NCBI GenBank assembly: GCA_022841665.1
Contig: JALHRB010000007.1
Coordinates: 54,196-118,195 of the forward strand
DNA: 64,000 nt
Direction of reading: 5' to 3'
From: Pseudolabrys sp.
GTDB taxonomy: Bacteria; Pseudomonadota; Alphaproteobacteria; Rhizobiales; Xanthobacteraceae
The notes under the pieces were generated by a model, which did not search any database, was not told the DNA's origin, and worked only from the letters and a program-made list of their open reading frames with translations. Positions 36,847-47,910 of this stretch are shown one piece after another. Position numbers and translations under genes: made by a program. How positions within the stretch are numbered: the stretch's first letter is position 1; the number at the start of each line of letters is the position of its first letter.

Positions 36847-38622
36847 ATGAGCCTGCAAGCCTTTGAGCCTGGCGGCGGTGCGCGCGCCTGGATACGCACG
36901 CACGCGCTCACATTGGCCATCGCCCTCGTTATCGGCGCGGTGATCCTGCTCGATCAAACCGGAGTCTGGAAGATAATCCCGGCCGACTCCGGGAAAGTCG
37001 CCGCCTGGCTGTTGGTCGGCCTCGGCTTTTTCATCGTAATCGACCAACTCTTCACCGGCCAGGATACCGTGCCCTCGATCACCTGGGCGGCGGCCGCGGG
37101 CTATCTCATCGCGGCCACCATCCTTCTCACCGCGCTGGCACAAGGCAGCGAGCCCGGGCCGAAATTATGGGCCCTGAGCCTCGGCATATTCGCGTGTATC
37201 ACGACCGCGTTGACGCTGACGCTTCGGGCACGGCCTGTGCCCTGGCTCACGGGCGCTCTCATTATTGCAGTCGCTGCCGCAGCAGCGGCCACCGCAACGA
37301 TCGTCGTTCCCGTCGTTCGCGCGCGGCCCGACCTCTGGATATTCGCTATCGCCGCGTTCGTTGGCAGTTCGATCACACTGCTGCTGCTGCTCTTGAACGA
37401 ACGCATATACGAGAAGCGCCACCGCATCATGCAGTCCCTGCTCGACGACCTGGCCGTGCGCCGCGCGGGAATTGAGCAAGGCGACATCGCCCTCCTGAAG
37501 ATGGCCGCGCACAAATACGGCACCAAGCTGCGCAACGGCGCGCCCCTGCCTGCTGAGGCGGCGGCGCAGAGTAACGCCGGCGGGCCGGCCGAAGCCCGCT
37601 GGCCGTTATTCTTGGCCGCAAGCGCTTATCTGGCCTTCAGCGTCGTCGGTTACGTGCTGCTGTTCACCCCGATCTGTGTTGTGTTTGGCGTGGACGTCGG
37701 TCCAGGCACGGCCAAGCCGGCGTGCTCGGCGAGCTGGATTTCAAGCGCACTCATATGGACCGCCGCCGAAAAAGTGGACTTCAAGGACCTGATCACGACT
37801 GTTGGAATTGCCGGAGTCGCCTTTCTGGGCGCGCATCTTTTTACGCTGCGCTACCTGTTCAAGGCGGCGTTGAACTCCGAATTGAACCAGTTCAAATGGA
37901 TACGCGGCGCCTTGCATTTGCTCACCGGCGTTGTGATCGGCGTCATTCTCTACCGTGCCCTGAAGGACACCGGCTGGCTCGCCGGCGCCGTGACGTCCTA
38001 TGCCGCGGCGCTCTGGTTCGGCGTCGCCTTCGCGTCAGGCTGGATACCGGACTTCGCGCTCGGAACTTTGTTTCGTCATCTGCGCGTCAGCAATCTCAAG
38101 AGCGTCGACGAGGACGTGTTGAGGTCGGCCGCGCTGGTGCCGATCGAGATCGTCGATGGGATCGATTACGACACGCGCTTCCGGCTGGAAGAAAACAACA
38201 TCATCGACGTGCAAAACCTAGCGACCTACAACCCGATTACTCTGTATGTGGAGACGCCGTTCGGACTTTCGCAGATTTTCGACTGGATATTGCAGGCCCA
38301 GCTTTGCCTCGCCGTCGGACCCAAGGGCTATGCCGAGCTGAGGAAGATCGCGATCCGCACCATCTTTCAGCTTGAAGACGAGGTGCGCGACGCGCCCGAC
38401 AATTACGCCAGCATGATCGGCAGCGCCCTGTTCGCAGGCGCGTCTCCCGAACGGCTGAAGGCGATCGCTGCCGCCGCTGCGGATGGCGGCGGGACGACGC
38501 CCGACCGCGTCGATCCCAAAGTCGTCAAATACGCCGTGAGCCAGATGTGCGGCAACCTTTATATCGTCTCGCTGCGCAGACTTTACGAATACATCTACCG
38601 AACGCCCGTAGCGCAGCCTTAA
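36847..38622 (+). CDS. Large polytopic membrane protein, unknown function
   Basis: Trimmed to the ATG at 36847 (MSLQAFEPGG). About 6 N-terminal TM segments, a soluble linker, more TM segments, and a ~190-aa C-terminal soluble region. No family recognised. Confidence 0.6.
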   Translation: MSLQAFEPGGGARAWIRTHALTLAIALVIGAVILLDQTGVWKIIPADSGKVAAWLLVGLGFFIVIDQLFTGQDTVPSITWAAAAGYLIAATILLTALAQGSEPGPKLWALSLGIFACITTALTLTLRARPVPWLTGALIIAVAAAAAATATIVVPVVRARPDLWIFAIAAFVGSSITLLLLLLNERIYEKRHRIMQSLLDDLAVRRAGIEQGDIALLKMAAHKYGTKLRNGAPLPAEAAAQSNAGGPAEARWPLFLAASAYLAFSVVGYVLLFTPICVVFGVDVGPGTAKPACSASWISSALIWTAAEKVDFKDLITTVGIAGVAFLGAHLFTLRYLFKAALNSELNQFKWIRGALHLLTGVVIGVILYRALKDTGWLAGAVTSYAAALWFGVAFASGWIPDFALGTLFRHLRVSNLKSVDEDVLRSAALVPIEIVDGIDYDTRFRLEENNIIDVQNLATYNPITLYVETPFGLSQIFDWILQAQLCLAVGPKGYAELRKIAIRTIFQLEDEVRDAPDNYASMIGSALFAGASPERLKAIAAAAADGGGTTPDRVDPKVVKYAVSQMCGNLYIVSLRRLYEYIYRTPVAQP

Positions 38623-39338
38623 CAGCCGAGCTTGTCCGCCAAATCGGCGAGGTCTCTCCCCGCCACATCGACCGCGACCTTCGGCGCGCGCTCGCCGGTG
38701 CCCGGGCCGTGCTCGTCGGGACGCGCGATGTGGCCGGCGCGCAGGCCGCACGCGGCGGCCGCGGCAAGGTCGCTCGAATGCGCGGCGACCATCATGCACT
38801 GCGCCGGCGCGAGATCGAAGGCTTCGCAGGCGGCCGTGTAGACGCGCGGCTTCGGCTTGTAGTCGCCGGCGACTTCCGCGCCGAGGATCGCATCCCACGG
38901 CAGGCCGTTGCGGCGCGCGAGATCGACCATCAACGAGATGTTGCCGTTCGACACCGGCGCGATGAGGTACTTCGTCTTGAGCCGCGCGAGCGCGGCCGGC
39001 ACCTCCGGCCAGGCGTCGAGCCGGTGCCAGGCGAGCGTCAATTCGTGCAGCACGTCGCTGGACAGGCTCAGGCCGAAACGCGGCGCGAAGCGTTCGAGGT
39101 TGCGCCGGTGCAGCACGTCGAGCTTGGAAAACGGGATGCGGCCGGCCCGCACCTCCTCCATGCCGGGCTGATATTCGGCCCGCCAGGCGTCGGCAAAGGC
39201 CGCCCAGTCGAGGTTATACCCAAGCGGTTTGAGGATGCGTTCGGCCTCGCGCGCAACCGACGAGCGCCAGTCGACCAGCGTGCCGAAGACGTCGAAGAAG
39301 AGCGCTCGGAGGCCGAGGATCGGGGCTTCTACGAGCAT
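38619..39338 (-). CDS. Haloacid dehalogenase type II (HAD superfamily)
   Basis: 239 aa. Motif I FFDVFGTLVDW. SNGN and KPxPxxY motifs present. Confidence 0.85.
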   Translation of the reverse strand: MLVEAPILGLRALFFDVFGTLVDWRSSVAREAERILKPLGYNLDWAAFADAWRAEYQPGMEEVRAGRIPFSKLDVLHRRNLERFAPRFGLSLSSDVLHELTLAWHRLDAWPEVPAALARLKTKYLIAPVSNGNISLMVDLARRNGLPWDAILGAEVAGDYKPKPRVYTAACEAFDLAPAQCMMVAAHSSDLAAAAACGLRAGHIARPDEHGPGTGERAPKVAVDVAGRDLADLADKLGC

Positions 39339-39389
39339 GAACCAGGCCCCCGGCGGCCGCCCGCAATGTGGGCTAAGTCATTGATAAAA

Positions 39390-39466
39390 TGGCGGGAGCG
39401 ACGGGACTCGAACCCGCGGCCTCTGCCGTGACAGGGCAGCGCTCTAACCAACTGAGCTACGCCCCC
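39390..39466 (-). tRNA. tRNA-Asp (GUC)
   Basis: Hand-folded cloverleaf: acceptor GGGGGCG/CGCTCCC, anticodon loop CTGTCAC, T-loop GGTTCGAGTCC, encoded CCA. 77 nt. Confidence 0.9.
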
Positions 39467-39655
39467 GCGGGCGTGGGCACGAGGTATAGGTGGCTTAGCC
39501 GCAAGTCAAGGCGAGACCGCCGTGCGGCCTGCGAATTGCGAAAAAGCCTTATTTGACGCGAAGAATCGATGGTCAGACCGCCCCCGAATCGTCTATTCGG
39601 GCAGGCGTGTTTGGCGCTCCGCCAAGCGCGCGGATTCGAATAGGAGGGTCCCAAG

Positions 39656-39964
39656 ATGGCTACGGCACCTGGAAAATCACCGACGCCGACAACGGTTACG
39701 TTGAAGCATCTCGCCGCGGCGCTCGCGGAATCCCATGAGATGTCGAAGAAGCAGGCGGAAGCGGTGCTCGGCGACTTCGTCGGCAACATCGTCAAGCATC
39801 TGAAGAAGGGCGAGCGCATCCGCATCGGCGGGCTCGGCATCCTTCAGGTGCGCAAGCGCGCCGCGCGCATGGGCCGCAATCCGGCCACGGGCGAAGCGAT
39901 CCAGATCAAGGCGAGCAAGAAGGTCGCCTTCCGCGCCTCCAAGGAATTGAAGGAAGCGGTCTGA
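39656..39964 (+). CDS. hupB: HU-family DNA-binding protein with a short N-terminal extension
   Basis: 102 aa. Beta-arm motif RKRAARMGRNPATGEAIQIKASKKVAFRASKELK. Confidence 0.88.
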   Translation: MATAPGKSPTPTTVTLKHLAAALAESHEMSKKQAEAVLGDFVGNIVKHLKKGERIRIGGLGILQVRKRAARMGRNPATGEAIQIKASKKVAFRASKELKEAV

Positions 39965-39998
39965 CGGCCTTTTGAGCCGACCCTCCGGGGCGTCATAG

Positions 39999-40046
39999 CG
40001 GCAGGCGTGGGACGCTGGACAGCGCCCCGCCTGCCGTTTTTCGTTT
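39999..40046 (+). terminator. Putative rho-independent terminator of the HU gene
   Basis: Stem cggcaggcg..cgcctgccg with a structured 20-nt loop, followed by tttttcgttt. Confidence 0.55.
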
Positions 40047-40101
40047 ACGTTTTGCGGTGCGGCTTGCTTCGCCCCGCCCTCCGGCGTTATGGCGTGGCGG
40101 C

Positions 40102-40177
40102 GGGCGATTAGCTCAGTTGGTAGAGCGCCTCCTTTACACGGAGGATGTCGGCGGTTCGAGTCCGTCATCGCCCACCA
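40102..40177 (+). tRNA. tRNA-Val (UAC)
   Basis: Hand-folded cloverleaf: acceptor GGGCGAT/ATCGCCC, anticodon loop TTTACAC, T-loop GGTTCGAGTCC, encoded CCA. 76 nt. Confidence 0.9.
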
Positions 40178-40203
40178 ACCTCCGCTGCGAAGCGGCGGCG
40201 GTT

Positions 40204-40316
40204 GTCCGCCGTAGCTTTAGCGAAGGCGGACGCATGTCGTGCTGCCTCGCAGCTTCGGTTGGCAAGCCAGCCTTAATCGCGAAGGTTGCCCGTCGTAGCC
40301 GAAGGCGAAGACGGGC
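40204..40316. repeat. Two related short palindromic REP-like units
   Basis: gtccgcc-gtagctttagcgaa-ggcggac at 40204-40231 and gcccgtc-gtagccgaaggcgaa-gacgggc at 40288-40316. Confidence 0.45.
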
Positions 40317-40348
40317 TGACATCAAGGCACAGCGCCCCAAACAAAAAG

Positions 40349-40628
40349 AAACGGCGCCTTGCGGCGCCGTTTCGCGTTTCATGGGGACCGCCCGCCTCAG
40401 TGCGCGGTGAGCCCTGAGCCCTCCTCGTCGCCATCGGCCGCCGGCGTGGCGAGCTTGGCATTCTCCTCGTCCCAGACGATCGGCTCCGGCTTGCGCACCA
40501 GCGCGTGCGCCAGAACCTCGTCCATGCGCGTGACCGGGATGATCTCCAGGCCCTTCTTGATCGTGTCGGAGATTTCCACCAGGTCCTTGGCGTTCTCCTC
40601 CGGAATCAGGACGGTCTTCATGCCGCCG
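40349..40628. repeat. Left 280-bp direct repeat (lon terminator plus lon 3' end)
   Basis: 278/280 identical to 42800-43079. The only differences are at 40592 (g vs a) and 40604 (a vs g). Confidence 0.95.
40397..40628 (-). pseudogene. lon: Orphan 3' fragment of lon (last ~76 codons)
   Basis: Encodes ..[43 protein letters not shown], identical to the C-terminus of the intact Lon at 42848-45274. Upstream homology ends abruptly at 40628. Confidence 0.9.
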
Positions 40629-40693
40629 ACTTACATGGCCGATCCGTTGCACAACAATTGGCACAGTTTCGCTGCATAAGCCCCTCTGCGCTA

Positions 40694-42349
40694 TCAAATA
40701 TCTGCAATGTGCGCCTCTTTCACTCTTACGTACGTCTTAGAATGCCCCTCGCCCCGCTCTTCAAGTTCAATGAGATCAATTCTGCCTATGAATTCGTGAA
40801 ATGATGCTGCTGCAAACCGACTGTAATCAAATTCTGGAAACTCAATCTTAAGCAAATGGCCTAGCTGACCTAAGAAGATCCAACCACCTTCTCGCCCATA
40901 CTTTCTTACAATTTCTGTGATTTTTGTGTGAGCCGATCGGAGTTGGTCATCATAATTCTGTTGTGAATTTTGACCATTGGAACGCATTCGCACGAATACC
41001 GCCTTTGCAGGACCAGTGCCGCGCTCGTCAAACTCTAAGCCGTCAAGTTTTCTTAGGACAGATATCAAATTTCGTCCGCCATACCTTTGCGGAGTAAACC
41101 CCGAAATTTGCTTGCGAAGTTCAGTGCCAAATTCAGCAAGCGATATCCAAGCGCCCTCATAGTCTGATAGTTGAACAATCAAATCTTCTGCAATTTTTGC
41201 CAAGTCCCTGCTTATCTCCGCCGTATCCCTGATAGGCTCAATTTCTTCAGGCAGCGGAATTGTGTAATTCTGAATTGGAAGGCTTTCGAGTGAACGCGCA
41301 CTTAGTTTGAACTTTCCAAGGAGCTTATCGACAGCGAGCAAAGCGCCTACACCATTCGGCTCGCCACGATAATCCCTAAATAAGGGAAAAATCTCTAAGC
41401 CCTTCAGCTCTCGTATACTAAGTAATGCATTAGTCACACGAAACAAAAAATCCCGCTCTTCGTATCTGCCTACCACATAGATGCGATCAATGCCTCTCCT
41501 CAGCTTTTCTTGTACTCTTTTTACGTAGGCTTCAATACCGGGTCTAAAGTCAGGTGGTTTGGAAACCAACAAAAACCCGTATGAGCTACAAGAGCCTTGA
41601 TAGCTCCAATCATGCTCAGGCTTATTTTTGCGAAGAAATGGTTGAAATCCCAACATATGAGATAAAATTGTTTCGATAGTAGTCGGCAGCTCAGCGCGCT
41701 CCGAATGGAACCGCGAGTTATTCGCGACATAGTCTATTTCCCGAAGGAAGGGCCCCATCAGCAATCCATACTCATTCAACCTTACACAATCTGCGAAGTG
41801 ATCCAAAACCATTTGCTTATCACCGGCAACCTGCTGAATGAAAACAGTGTCAAATTCGCCAAGCAAGTATGGATGGCTTTCCTCTAAGCCGGCTCGTGCA
41901 ATCGCAAGGGCTGCGCCGGAAACTAGTTCGTCCGGGAGAATGTCACGTGTGTTAGGAAACAGCGCACCACGAAAATAAATCCATAGTGTTTGCATTAGAT
42001 TATGATCGGTATTAACGCCGGGTCGGACTCTGAGAACTATTTTCCCATCTCTAAGTTGAGGCGCTTGAGAGTTTCGCACCCAGCGAACCTTTGCTCGCTT
42101 AACCCAGCCGGACGGAAGATACTGCTGTAAACGAAACGCCGTTTGATTCAGTACTTCCTCAATTTGAGTGGCGACCGCCTTTCGCCGAAAAAAAGGAATT
42201 GTAACGCTGTCCGCCAACAGTCGCCACAACTTTGATTGCGCTGACATGAGGCGAGGAAATGTAATCAATACCAGCCCAAATCCCTTGCCCGCGAGGTCTA
42301 CGCCGCCAAATATTGCAAGAACCAAAAGCAAAATTTCGAGCGTGTTCAT
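40694..42349 (-). CDS. 551-aa protein: N-terminal TM anchor, uncharacterised ~350-aa core, two C-terminal OST-HTH/LOTUS-like repeats
   Basis: Uninterrupted ORF in AT-rich DNA, where random long ORFs are unlikely. TM segment LEILLLVLAIFGGVDLAGKGFGLVLITF. Repeats GAWISLAEFGTELRKQISGFTPQRYGGRNLISVLRKL..VFVRM and GGWIFLGQLGHLLKIEFPEFDYSRFAAASFHEFIGRI..TYVRV. Confidence 0.8.
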   Translation of the reverse strand: MNTLEILLLVLAIFGGVDLAGKGFGLVLITFPRLMSAQSKLWRLLADSVTIPFFRRKAVATQIEEVLNQTAFRLQQYLPSGWVKRAKVRWVRNSQAPQLRDGKIVLRVRPGVNTDHNLMQTLWIYFRGALFPNTRDILPDELVSGAALAIARAGLEESHPYLLGEFDTVFIQQVAGDKQMVLDHFADCVRLNEYGLLMGPFLREIDYVANNSRFHSERAELPTTIETILSHMLGFQPFLRKNKPEHDWSYQGSCSSYGFLLVSKPPDFRPGIEAYVKRVQEKLRRGIDRIYVVGRYEERDFLFRVTNALLSIRELKGLEIFPLFRDYRGEPNGVGALLAVDKLLGKFKLSARSLESLPIQNYTIPLPEEIEPIRDTAEISRDLAKIAEDLIVQLSDYEGAWISLAEFGTELRKQISGFTPQRYGGRNLISVLRKLDGLEFDERGTGPAKAVFVRMRSNGQNSQQNYDDQLRSAHTKITEIVRKYGREGGWIFLGQLGHLLKIEFPEFDYSRFAAASFHEFIGRIDLIELEERGEGHSKTYVRVKEAHIADI

Positions 42350-42684
42350 GGTGAGCTCATTGCGCCGAGGCAGATTTTGGCGTCACAAAGGAAGGCGTAG
42401 CGCCCTTCTTTAATGACAAAACCAGCAAGGTTTTCGAACGTGAGCACGGTGTTGCAATGTGCGCAGCGTAGCTCGCCGTTGACGAGGGCATTAAACTGAC
42501 CAATCTCTTTAAGTAAATTTGTCAGGTCGTGGTCGGTAATTAGCGATACGTCCGCTTTCTGGAATCTCCCTAAAAAGGAGAGCCACCTCGTCCATACCGC
42601 AGATAAATGCACCCTAAGATTGAGAATCGTACTGCGCATATATCCCTCATCGCGGTCCATTTGATGGACCGGCGAATATTTCAT
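42346..42684 (-). CDS. Small (97-112 aa) Cys4 zinc-ribbon-like protein
   Basis: CAHC..(22 aa)..CDAKIC near the C-terminus. Its stop forms an ATGA overlap with the downstream 551-aa gene. The alternative ATG at 42639 has a GAGGGA Shine-Dalgarno and may be the real start. Confidence 0.65.
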   Translation of the reverse strand: MKYSPVHQMDRDEGYMRSTILNLRVHLSAVWTRWLSFLGRFQKADVSLITDHDLTNLLKEIGQFNALVNGELRCAHCNTVLTFENLAGFVIKEGRYAFLCDAKICLGAMSSP

Positions 42685-42723
42685 TTGACCGACTGATCTT
42701 GACCTAGACCCCCAGGTTAACTG

Positions 42724-42751
42724 ATATTAGAACATCCCTGAGTTGAATCAA
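42724..42751 (-). promoter_or_regulatory. Sigma-70-like promoter for the island operon
   Basis: On the minus strand: TTGATT, a 16-nt spacer, then TAATAT. About 40 nt upstream of the first ATG at 42684. Confidence 0.5.
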
Positions 42752-42790
42752 GTTTACGAACCGACTTTATAGATAGCGAGGTTCTTCGAA

Positions 42791-42823
42791 ACCAAAGAAA
42801 AACGGCGCCTTGCGGCGCCGTTT
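42791..42823 (-). terminator. lon rho-independent terminator (a second copy sits at 40349-40372)
   Basis: Stem aaacggcgcc-ttgc-ggcgccgttt with a T-run on the minus strand. Confidence 0.8.
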
Positions 42824-42847
42824 CGCGTTTCATGGGGACCGCCCGCC

Positions 42848-45274
<2,427 letters not shown>

Positions 45275-45589
45275 TGCTTATAGTCCTTGTTTTTGTGCCC
45301 CTGTCCCGAGACCCGCTGCGAGCGGCATCGCCGGACAGTGCCGATAAGGAGAGGCGAGGCAGCCCGGGCGGTCGGACGCCCGGCGTGATTGATCGGGTCA
45401 GAAACCTCGCCCGGAGACAACGATTCGTACGCCAGTACAGTTCGGATACTATACGTATGTTGACGCGGTGGGGTCTGCAAGTAAGCGCCGTTTTTCACGT
45501 TAAAAACGGGTACCGCATCCACTCAATTACCGCGAACCGCGCGATTTGGCGGGCGTTCCCATGCTGTGGGAGCCCGCCGCCGGGCTATG

Positions 45590-46867
45590 TCAGGCGCTGG
45601 CGCTGCCCTGCTCGGCCGTCCGGTCGCTGCGGTCGGCATAGATATAGAGTGGGCGGGCCGTTCCTTCGACCACCTCGCGCGAGATCACCACTTCCTCGAC
45701 GCCCTCCAGGCTGGGGAGGTCGAACATGGTGTCGAGCAGGATGCCCTCCATGATGGAGCGCAGGCCGCGCGCGCCGGTCTTGCGCTCGATCGCCTTGCGG
45801 GCGATGGCGCCGAGCGCCTCTTCGGCCAGCGTGAGGTCGATCGACTCCATCTCGAACAGGCGCTGGTACTGCTTAACCAGAGCGTTCTTCGGCTCGACCA
45901 AAATCTTCTTGAGCGACGCCTCGTCGAGATCCTCGAGCGTGGCGACCACCGGCAGGCGGCCGACGAACTCGGGGATCAGCCCGTACTTGAGCAGATCCTC
46001 GGGCTCGACCTCGCGGAAGATTTCGCCGGTCTTGCGGTCTTCCGGCGCCAGCACTTTGGCCGAAAAGCCGATCGAGGTGGAACGGCCGCGCGCGGAGATG
46101 ATCTTGTCGAGGCCGGCGAAGGCGCCGCCGCAGACGAACAGGATATTGGTGGTATCGACCTGCAGGAACTCCTGCTGCGGGTGCTTGCGGCCGCCCTGCG
46201 GCGGCACCGAGGCGACGGTGCCTTCCATGATCTTGAGAAGCGCCTGCTGCACGCCCTCGCCCGACACGTCGCGGGTGATCGAGGGGTTGTCGGACTTGCG
46301 CGAAATCTTGTCGATTTCGTCGATGTAGACGATGCCGCGCTGGGCGCGCTCGACATTGTAATCGGCGGCCTGCAGCAGCTTGAGGATGATGTTCTCCACG
46401 TCCTCGCCGACATAGCCGGCTTCGGTGAGCGTGGTGGCGTCGGCCATCGTGAACGGCACGTCGAGGATGCGCGCCAGCGTCTGCGCCAGCAGCGTCTTGC
46501 CCGAGCCGGTCGGCCCGATCAGCAGGATGTTCGACTTGGCCAGCTCGACGTCGTTGTGCTTGGCCTGGTGGTTGAGCCGCTTGTAGTGATTGTGGACGGC
46601 GACCGAGAGCACCTTCTTGGCGTGATCCTGGCCGATGACGTAGTCGTCGAGAACCTTGCGGATTTCCTTCGGCGTCGGGATGCCGTCGCGCGACTTCACC
46701 AGCGAGGACTTGTTCTCCTCGCGGATGATGTCCATGCACAGTTCGACGCACTCGTCGCAGATGAACACCGTCGGCCCGGCGATGAGCTTGCGGACTTCGT
46801 GCTGGCTCTTGCCGCAGAACGAGCAGTAGAGAGTGTTCTTGGAATCGCTGCCGCCGACTTTGCTCAT
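45590..46867 (-). CDS. clpX: ATP-dependent Clp protease ATP-binding subunit ClpX
   Basis: Zinc-binding CSFCGK..CDEC and Walker A GPTGSGKT. Start placed at MSKVGG, which has a GGAG RBS. Confidence 0.96.
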   Translation of the reverse strand: MSKVGGSDSKNTLYCSFCGKSQHEVRKLIAGPTVFICDECVELCMDIIREENKSSLVKSRDGIPTPKEIRKVLDDYVIGQDHAKKVLSVAVHNHYKRLNHQAKHNDVELAKSNILLIGPTGSGKTLLAQTLARILDVPFTMADATTLTEAGYVGEDVENIILKLLQAADYNVERAQRGIVYIDEIDKISRKSDNPSITRDVSGEGVQQALLKIMEGTVASVPPQGGRKHPQQEFLQVDTTNILFVCGGAFAGLDKIISARGRSTSIGFSAKVLAPEDRKTGEIFREVEPEDLLKYGLIPEFVGRLPVVATLEDLDEASLKKILVEPKNALVKQYQRLFEMESIDLTLAEEALGAIARKAIERKTGARGLRSIMEGILLDTMFDLPSLEGVEEVVISREVVEGTARPLYIYADRSDRTAEQGSASA

Positions 46868-47159
46868 TCCATTCTCCGTCACACGCGTCCGTATCTTACC
46901 GATGGCCGGCGGGCTACGCCTTCATCGCCTTACGAACGAAGCAAGTTTCGCGCCGTAACTCCAGCGCGGCGGCCCTTGTACCCGGGGTGGCCTACTGTCC
47001 CAACCTACTCCCCCACACCTTAAGCGAAGCATGCTAACGGCGTGATAATCAAGAATCTATTAACGATAACACCGCACTCACAGCCTGCAAAAACGGCCGC
47101 AAAGGGGCAGACAGTCCTCACCCCGCTCCGCCGCGGGGCGGGAACTTTTCCGTCTCCGA

Positions 47160-47792
47160 TCACGCCGGCTTGGGGAGCATGTCCTCCGGACGCTTCTCGA
47201 TCACCTTGTCGACCAGACCGAAATCGCGGGCCGCCTCGGCGGTAAGAAAATAGTCACGCTCGAGCGCGTCCTCGATCTTCTTCAGCGACTGGCCTGTGTG
47301 GTGCACGTAGATCTCGTTGAGCCGCTTCTTCAGGTTCAGGATTTCCTGCGCGTGCAGCATGATATCGGTGGCCTGCCCCTGGAAGCCGCCGGACGGCTGA
47401 TGCACCATGACGCGGGCGTTCGGCAGCGCAAAGCGCATATCCTTGGCGCCGGCCGCCAGCAGGAGCGAGCCCATCGAGGCCGCCTGGCCGACGCAGAGCG
47501 TCGACACCTGCGGGCGAATGAACTGCATGGTGTCGTAGATCGCCATGCCCGACGTCACCACCCCGCCCGGGGAGTTGATGTACATCGAGACTTCTTTTTT
47601 CGGGTTTTCCGCTTCCAGGAACAGGAGCTGCGCCACCACCAGCGTCGCCATACCGTCCTCGATCGGGCCGGTGATGAAAATGATGCGTTCCTTCAGGAGC
47701 CGCGAGAAAATGTCGTAGGCGCGCTCGCCGCGGTTGGTCTGCTCGACCACCATCGGCACGAGCTGCATGTAGGTATCGACGGGGTCTTTCAT
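47160..47792 (-). CDS. clpP: ATP-dependent Clp protease proteolytic subunit
   Basis: Catalytic region GQAASMGS and MVHQPSGG. Start placed at MKDPVDTYM, which has an AAGGAG RBS. Confidence 0.96.
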   Translation of the reverse strand: MKDPVDTYMQLVPMVVEQTNRGERAYDIFSRLLKERIIFITGPIEDGMATLVVAQLLFLEAENPKKEVSMYINSPGGVVTSGMAIYDTMQFIRPQVSTLCVGQAASMGSLLLAAGAKDMRFALPNARVMVHQPSGGFQGQATDIMLHAQEILNLKKRLNEIYVHHTGQSLKKIEDALERDYFLTAEAARDFGLVDKVIEKRPEDMLPKPA

Positions 47793-47910
47793 CTTGGCTC
47801 CTTGGACCACGAATCACGGTCGCGGCGGCTAGCTTAGCCTTCCGGCGCGCCGGCATGACCTGTTTCGGCATCTATTTCGACAGGAGCCTCGGCGCAAGGC
47901 TAAGGCGGCG

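Larger units (their letters stand above)
40629..42799. mobile_element. AT-rich ~2.17-kb inserted island lacking any recognisable recombinase
   Basis: Sharp composition drop relative to the flanks. Bracketed by the 280-bp direct repeats. Splits the otherwise conserved tRNA-Val/lon neighbourhood. Confidence 0.8.

Noticed and set aside
40102-40177. tRNA-Val as the integration site of the AT-rich island.
   Set aside because: The direct repeats contain no tRNA sequence. They begin ~170 bp beyond the tRNA 3' end and consist of the lon terminator and lon coding sequence. The tRNA is intact and single-copy here, so lon is the target, not the tRNA.
40629-42799. Looked for an integrase, transposase, excisionase, terminal inverted repeats or CRISPR/cas in or beside the island.
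   Set aside because: Only the two reported ORFs are present. Neither shows a tyrosine or serine recombinase signature or a DDE motif that I can recognise, and no repeat-spacer arrays exist anywhere in the window. Absence is based on reading by eye, not on profile searches.
45275-45589. Heat-shock (sigma-32) promoter for lon, and an AT-rich hairpin (cgtttttcacgttaaaaacg, ~45491-45510) as the clpX terminator.
   Set aside because: A CTTG element is present, but no CYTATNT-like -10 lies at the right spacing. The hairpin stem is short and A/T-rich and lacks a clear T-run on the minus strand. The evidence is too weak to call either.
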